64,000 bases of DNA, from positions 18,385 to 82,384 of the forward strand of contig PWTM01000309.1 in the NCBI GenBank assembly GCA_003563855.1, read 5' to 3'. Origin of the DNA: PVC group bacterium. GTDB lineage: Bacteria; Verrucomicrobiota; Kiritimatiellia; PWTM01. Shown in pieces: positions 61,078 through 64,000 of this stretch. Numbering within the stretch: position 1 is the first letter of the stretch; each line of letters opens with the position of its first letter. A model generated the notes under the pieces. The model searched no databases. It saw only the letters and a program-made list of their open reading frames with translations, and was not told the origin of the DNA. The position numbers and the translations under genes are program-made.

Positions 61078-62540
61078 GCCTCCGCGGAAAGCGAAACGCC
61101 CTTGGCGCCGCGGCCGACCCGCTGGCCTTCGGCGTCGACGACCTCGACGACCAGCGGCATGCGGCCCATCGCGTGCGTCGCGCAGGAGAGGCAGGGATCG
61201 TAGGCGCGGATCGCCACCTCGATCCGGTTCAGCAGCCCTTCGGTCACCTCCACGCCTTCGAGATGGTCGCGGGCCACCTTCTCGACCGCCCGGTTCATCG
61301 GCGTGTTGTTGTTCGTCGTCGATACGATGAGGTTGCAGCGCACGATCTGGTCGCGGTCGTTCACCTCGTAATGGTGGAAGAGCGTCCCGCGCGGCGCCTC
61401 GATCAGGCCGATGCCGACGGGCCGGCGCTCGCCGGTCACGACCAGGTCCTCGCCCTGCAGGTCCGGATCGTTGAGCAGGTCGCGGATCTTCTCCGTGGCG
61501 TGCAGCATCTCGATCATCCGCGCCCAGTGGTAGGCCATCGTCACCTGGACCGGCTTGCCGCCGCCGAGTTCCATGAATGCGGCGCGGGCCTTCTCCGCCT
61601 CCGGCGTGTCGATTGCGTCGCAGATGTTCACGCGCGCCAGCGGTCCGACGCGGTACCAGCCGCGGTCCGGCCCCAGCGAGCGGATGAACGGGAACTTCAT
61701 GTACGACCAGGGCTTCACCTCTTCCTCGATGTACTCGAGGTATTTTCGGTAGTCGACCTGGTCGAAGATCGCCTTCCCCTCGGCGTCCACCGCGCGCAGG
61801 TTCCCGTGGTAGAGATCCATCGCGCCGTCCTCGCGCACAAGGCCCAGGTGGTTCGAGACGAACGACCCGAAGTCGGCCAGGTCGGCCAGGTGCTCGGCCG
61901 TGTAGTCGGCGGCGATCTTCAGCGCGCCGCGCGACCACTCGAGCATCTGCTCGATGTCCTTGAGGAACCCGTCGCGCTCGGCGATCGAGAGGTTCTTGTT
62001 CCCCCCGCCGGGGATCGCGCCCGTGCCGTGGATCTTCTTGCCGGCCGTCGCCTTGATGATCTCCTGGCCGTACTTGCGCAGCATCACGCCCTGCACCGCA
62101 AGGTCCGGGAACTTGCGCGCCACGCCGACGACGTTGCGCTCGACCGGGTCGGCGTCGAACCCGAAGAGCAGGTCCGGCGAGACGAGGTGGAAGAAGTGCA
62201 GCGCGTGCGACTGGAGCGTCTGCCCGTAATGCATGAGCCGGCGCATCTTCTCGGCGGTCGGCGTCAGGCGCTCCCCGCCGACGATCCAGTCCATCGCCTT
62301 GGCCGCCGCGAGGTGGTGGCTCACGGGGCAGATGCCGCAGAGGCGCTGCACGAGCACGGGCGCCTCCCAGAAGGGGCGGCCCTGCACGAAGCGCTCGAAG
62401 CCGCGGAACTCCACGATGTGAAGCCGGGCCTGGCGGACCTTGCGTTCTTCGTCGAGCAGGATGGTCACCTTCCCGTGCCCCTCCACGCGGGTAACGGGCT
62501 CGATGACGATCTTGCGGGTCTGCGGTGCGGCGGTGGCCAT
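61074..62540 (-). CDS. hoxH: NAD-reducing [NiFe] hydrogenase large subunit (group 3d)
   Basis: PVTRVEGHGK, L1 RLCGICPVSH, EAPRGTL, L2 DPCLSCATH plus cleavable tail. Confidence 0.95.
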   Translation of the reverse strand: MATAAPQTRKIVIEPVTRVEGHGKVTILLDEERKVRQARLHIVEFRGFERFVQGRPFWEAPVLVQRLCGICPVSHHLAAAKAMDWIVGGERLTPTAEKMRRLMHYGQTLQSHALHFFHLVSPDLLFGFDADPVERNVVGVARKFPDLAVQGVMLRKYGQEIIKATAGKKIHGTGAIPGGGNKNLSIAERDGFLKDIEQMLEWSRGALKIAADYTAEHLADLADFGSFVSNHLGLVREDGAMDLYHGNLRAVDAEGKAIFDQVDYRKYLEYIEEEVKPWSYMKFPFIRSLGPDRGWYRVGPLARVNICDAIDTPEAEKARAAFMELGGGKPVQVTMAYHWARMIEMLHATEKIRDLLNDPDLQGEDLVVTGERRPVGIGLIEAPRGTLFHHYEVNDRDQIVRCNLIVSTTNNNTPMNRAVEKVARDHLEGVEVTEGLLNRIEVAIRAYDPCLSCATHAMGRMPLVVEVVDAEGQRVGRGAKGVSLSAEA

Positions 62541-62555
62541 GGGGGCTCTCCTCGC

Positions 62556-63104
62556 TCAGTCGTACTTGATCAGCTCGTAGGGCAGTTCCAGCGGCTTGCC
62601 GGTCAGCAGCGCCACGAGGGCCTGCCAGATCGCGTCCGCCGGCGGCGGACAGCCCTGCAGGTGGTAGTCGACCTTGACCACCTCGTGGCACGGGTAGACC
62701 TTGTCGAGCAGCAGCGGAAGGTCGGGGTCGTTCGGGATGTGGCCGGCCGGGTTGTGCACGGTCGGCCCCTTCAGGTAGGCCTCGTCGAGGCATTCCTTGA
62801 GCGGAACGGCGTTGCGCATCGCGGGGATGCCGCCGCAGATGGCGCATTCGCCAACGGAGACAAGCACGTCGCAGTGCTTGCGGAAGAGCTGCAGCACGCG
62901 GACGTTCTCCTCGTTGCAGCAGCCGCCTTCGACGAGCCCGACGGCGCAGCGGCCGGTGAACTCCTTCAGGTCGTTGATCGGCGACTTGTCGAACTCGATC
63001 AGCTCGATGAGCTCGAAGATCCGCTCGTCGATATCGAGGATCGACATGTGGCAGCCGAAGCAGCCGGCGAGCGATGCGGTCGCGACGCGGGGTTTGGCGG
63101 CCAT
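62556..63104 (-). CDS. hoxY: [NiFe] hydrogenase small subunit (single FeS cluster)
   Basis: SLAGCFGCHMS.LD.DE, VEGG, VGECA, GCPP. Confidence 0.93.
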   Translation of the reverse strand: MAAKPRVATASLAGCFGCHMSILDIDERIFELIELIEFDKSPINDLKEFTGRCAVGLVEGGCCNEENVRVLQLFRKHCDVLVSVGECAICGGIPAMRNAVPLKECLDEAYLKGPTVHNPAGHIPNDPDLPLLLDKVYPCHEVVKVDYHLQGCPPPADAIWQALVALLTGKPLELPYELIKYD

Positions 63105-63106
63105 GA

Positions 63107-63841
63107 TCAGTCCTCCTCTCCGGCGCCGGCGGCCGCGGCGGCCTTCGCCTCGATGTCCGATCCGATCGGATCGCGGTCGTAGGGTCGCTGGCCGATCGGG
63201 ACGCGGTAGCCTTCGCGCTTGCGCAGGATCGCCCCGACCGGGCAGACCTCCACCGCCCGGTCGGCGGCTTCGATGTCCGTGCCCCCCAACCCGTCCGCGG
63301 CGTTGAAGGCGATCCGCTTCTCCGGGCCGCGGCCGACGAACTGGAAGGCCGAGCGTCCATCGAGATCGCGCGAGGCCCGCACGCAGCGGCCGCAGAGAAT
63401 GCAGCGGTTGCGGTCGACCATGACGTCGGGATGCGAGGCGTCCACCTCCCGGACGGGGAACTGGTAGGGGTAGCGGGGCGAGAGCATGCCGAAGCGGTAC
63501 CCGAGGGCCTGGAGCTCGCAGCCGCCGCTGCGCTCACAGAACATGCAGAAGTGGTTGCCCTCGACGAAGAGCATCTCGATCAGCCGCTTCCGGTGCTCCT
63601 TCAGCTCGTCGGTCGCCGTGTCCACGACCATGCCGGGCGTGGCGGGCGTCGTGCAGGCCGACTGCGGGCGGCCGTTGACGAGCACCGTGCAGACCCGGCA
63701 GGAGCCGTGCGGCACGAGGTCCTTGTGCCCGCAGAGCCGCGGGATGTAGACCCCGGCAGCGTCGGCGGCCTGGAGGATCGTCCACCCCGGCTCGGCCTTC
63801 ACGGCCGTGTTGTCGATCGTCAGCGTGAACGTCTTGCTCAT
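63107..63841 (-). CDS. hoxU: Hydrogenase diaphorase FeS subunit
   Basis: IP.LC...GSCRVC...C (2Fe-2S), H.C.FC...C.LQ, CILCGRC, CPVGA. Confidence 0.93.
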   Translation of the reverse strand: MSKTFTLTIDNTAVKAEPGWTILQAADAAGVYIPRLCGHKDLVPHGSCRVCTVLVNGRPQSACTTPATPGMVVDTATDELKEHRKRLIEMLFVEGNHFCMFCERSGGCELQALGYRFGMLSPRYPYQFPVREVDASHPDVMVDRNRCILCGRCVRASRDLDGRSAFQFVGRGPEKRIAFNAADGLGGTDIEAADRAVEVCPVGAILRKREGYRVPIGQRPYDRDPIGSDIEAKAAAAAGAGEED

Positions 63842-64000
63842 CCTTCCCCCTCCCCGCCCGTGTACACCACCGATGCGCGGCCCGCCAGCCGCTCCGACTC
63901 CGCGAGCGCGCCGCGGATGTCGAAGGCGGGCAGGAACGCGTCGCCGCGGTCCGGCCCGAGCCGGGACTCGTAGAGGTCGCGGAACGCCTGCAGGCTCGAG
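63838..64000 (-). CDS. hoxF: Hydrogenase diaphorase flavoprotein subunit, C-terminal fragment (runs off the window end)
   Basis: Manual translation ...SSLQAFRDLYESRL...FLPAFDIRGALAESERLAGR...*; ATGA overlap with hoxU; expected hoxFUYH order. Confidence 0.7.
   Translation of the reverse strand, partial: SSLQAFRDLYESRLGPDRGDAFLPAFDIRGALAESERLAGRASVVYTGGEGEG

Noticed and set aside
61074..62540. [NiFeSe] hydrogenase or selenocysteine recoding
   Set aside because: L2 motif is DPCLSC with ordinary Cys codons; no in-frame TGA.
60544..63537. 997-aa ORF suggesting a giant protease fusion
   Set aside because: Only the last 177 aa (from ATG 61077) look like HoxW; the rest overlaps hoxH/Y/U out of frame.

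Overview
GC-rich bacterial chromosome segment. RpoA, RpoB, S11 and EF-Tu features and gene order suggest the PVC superphylum, possibly Kiritimatiellae/Lentisphaerae-like (inference). Bases 1-30.6 kb form one minus-strand translation/transcription supercluster: tRNA-Thr, tuf, rpmG, tRNA-Trp, secE, nusG, rplKAJL, rpoBC, rpsLG, fusA, then the S10, spc and alpha operons, ending in a partial rpoA. Its oddities are a membrane-protein gene inserted between rpsS and rplV, no rpmD, a degenerate infA, an EF-G with altered domain IV loops, an EF-Tu with a rewritten switch I, and an S11 with a long extension. The accessory region (31-64 kb) begins with a four-helix-bundle/Zn-finger gene carrying 9-bp GATC tandem repeats, a Tat-lipoprotein phosphodiesterase, a 1669-aa mosaic secreted SASA esterase with a divergent XylR-like regulator, and tRNA-Gly. 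It continues with a nine-gene lipid cluster containing two B12-radical SAM enzymes (ladderane-island/aryl-polyene-like), creD, deoC, aceE-aceF coupled to a Streptomyces-type HMG-CoA reductase, a flavodoxin, an FmdB-type protein and a group 3d NAD-reducing [NiFe] hydrogenase operon (hoxFUYHW plus a receiver protein). Intergenic spacers in the accessory region are mosaics of recurring short repeat families and REP/MITE-like elements. All family assignments come from motif recognition by eye; no database searches were run.
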